Of a stretch of DNA of 64,000 bases, positions 63,096 to 64,000 are shown in pieces. The position numbers were made by a program, and so were the translations under genes. Below the pieces are notes generated by a model that did no database searches, was not told the origin of the DNA, and saw only the letters and a list, made by a program, of their open reading frames with translations. Origin of the DNA: Octopus vulgaris (Eukaryota); contig OX597820.1 of the NCBI GenBank assembly GCA_951406725.2, positions 4,402,001-4,466,000 of the forward strand, in the 5' to 3' direction. The stretch's first letter is position 1. Each line of letters starts with the position of its first letter.

Positions 63096-64000
63096 GTCTA
63101 TTGACAAGAAACCTTGAAATAAAACTAAATAATGTTATACATATATGCATGCATACATACATACATACACACACACTAACATAAATACATACATACATAC
63201 ATACATACATACATCCCAACACACGCTTACAAGCATACATACATACATATTACTCTTTTACTCTTTTACTCTTTTGCTTGTTTCAGTCATTTGACTGCGG
63301 CCATGCTGGAGGACCGCCTTTAGTCGAGCAAATCGACCCCGGAACTTATTCTTTGTAAGCCCAGTACTTATTCTATCGCTCTCTTTTTGCTGAACTGCTA
63401 AGTGACGGGGACGTAAACACACCAGCATCGGTTGTCAAGCAATGCTAGGGGGACAGACACAGACACACAAACATATACACACACACTTATATATATATAC
63501 ATATATACGACAGGCTTCTTTCAGTTTCCGTCTACCAAATCCACTCACAAGGTATTGGTCAACCTGAGGCTATAGTAGAAGACACTTGCCCAAGATGCCA
63601 CGCAGTGGGACTGAACCCGGAACCATGTGGTTGGTTAGCAAGCTACTTACCACACAGCCACTTCTGTGCCTATATATATATATATACATGTAGAATTTCC
63701 ATTTACGAGTCAAGTCACAACTATGCTGAGGACATTTCTTTAAGAACCACATATTTCCTCCTCCTCCTCCTCATCATCATCGTTTAACGTCCACTTTCCA
63801 TGCTGTCATGGGTTGGACGGATTGACTGAATACTGGTAAGCTGAGGAGCTGCACCAGGTTCCAATCTGATTTAGCATGATTTCTACAGCTGGATGCCCTT
63901 CCTAATGCCAACCACTCCAAGAGTGTAGCAGGTGCTTTCCATGTGCCACCGGCACAATGGGTGCCATTGACGTGACACTACCTATTTCTTTACTACCCAC

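Overview
This is AT-rich, repeat-dense eukaryotic DNA; the SINE/LINE families look like Octopus (inferred from pattern recognition, not a database search). Most of the six-frame ORF track is repeat or microsatellite noise. Two protein-coding genes are supported, both on the minus strand. (1) A complete 16-exon NEK8 orthologue (kinase plus RCC1 repeats): ATG at 53728, stop ending 5019, 2037-nt CDS = 678 aa, all introns GT-AG with consistent phases. (2) A single-coding-exon core-2/I-branching beta-1,6-GlcNAc-transferase (GCNT/GT14), 59108..60463. Notable non-obvious features: NEK8 intron 5 is a U12-type (minor spliceosome) intron; there are four minimal type-I hammerhead ribozyme motifs, two of them homologous to the 3' end of a Penelope-like element, and one with an intact core in the sense orientation about 0.9 kb past the NEK8 stop codon; a near full-length U2 snRNA retrocopy is fused to a SINE/LINE 3' tail; part of NEK8 exon 2 is duplicated with its acceptor; and there are several long intronic hairpins. 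The rest is RTE, CR1, R4/Dong and Penelope fragments, two non-autonomous Helitron copies, three SINE families and microsatellites. Repeat boundaries are approximate.
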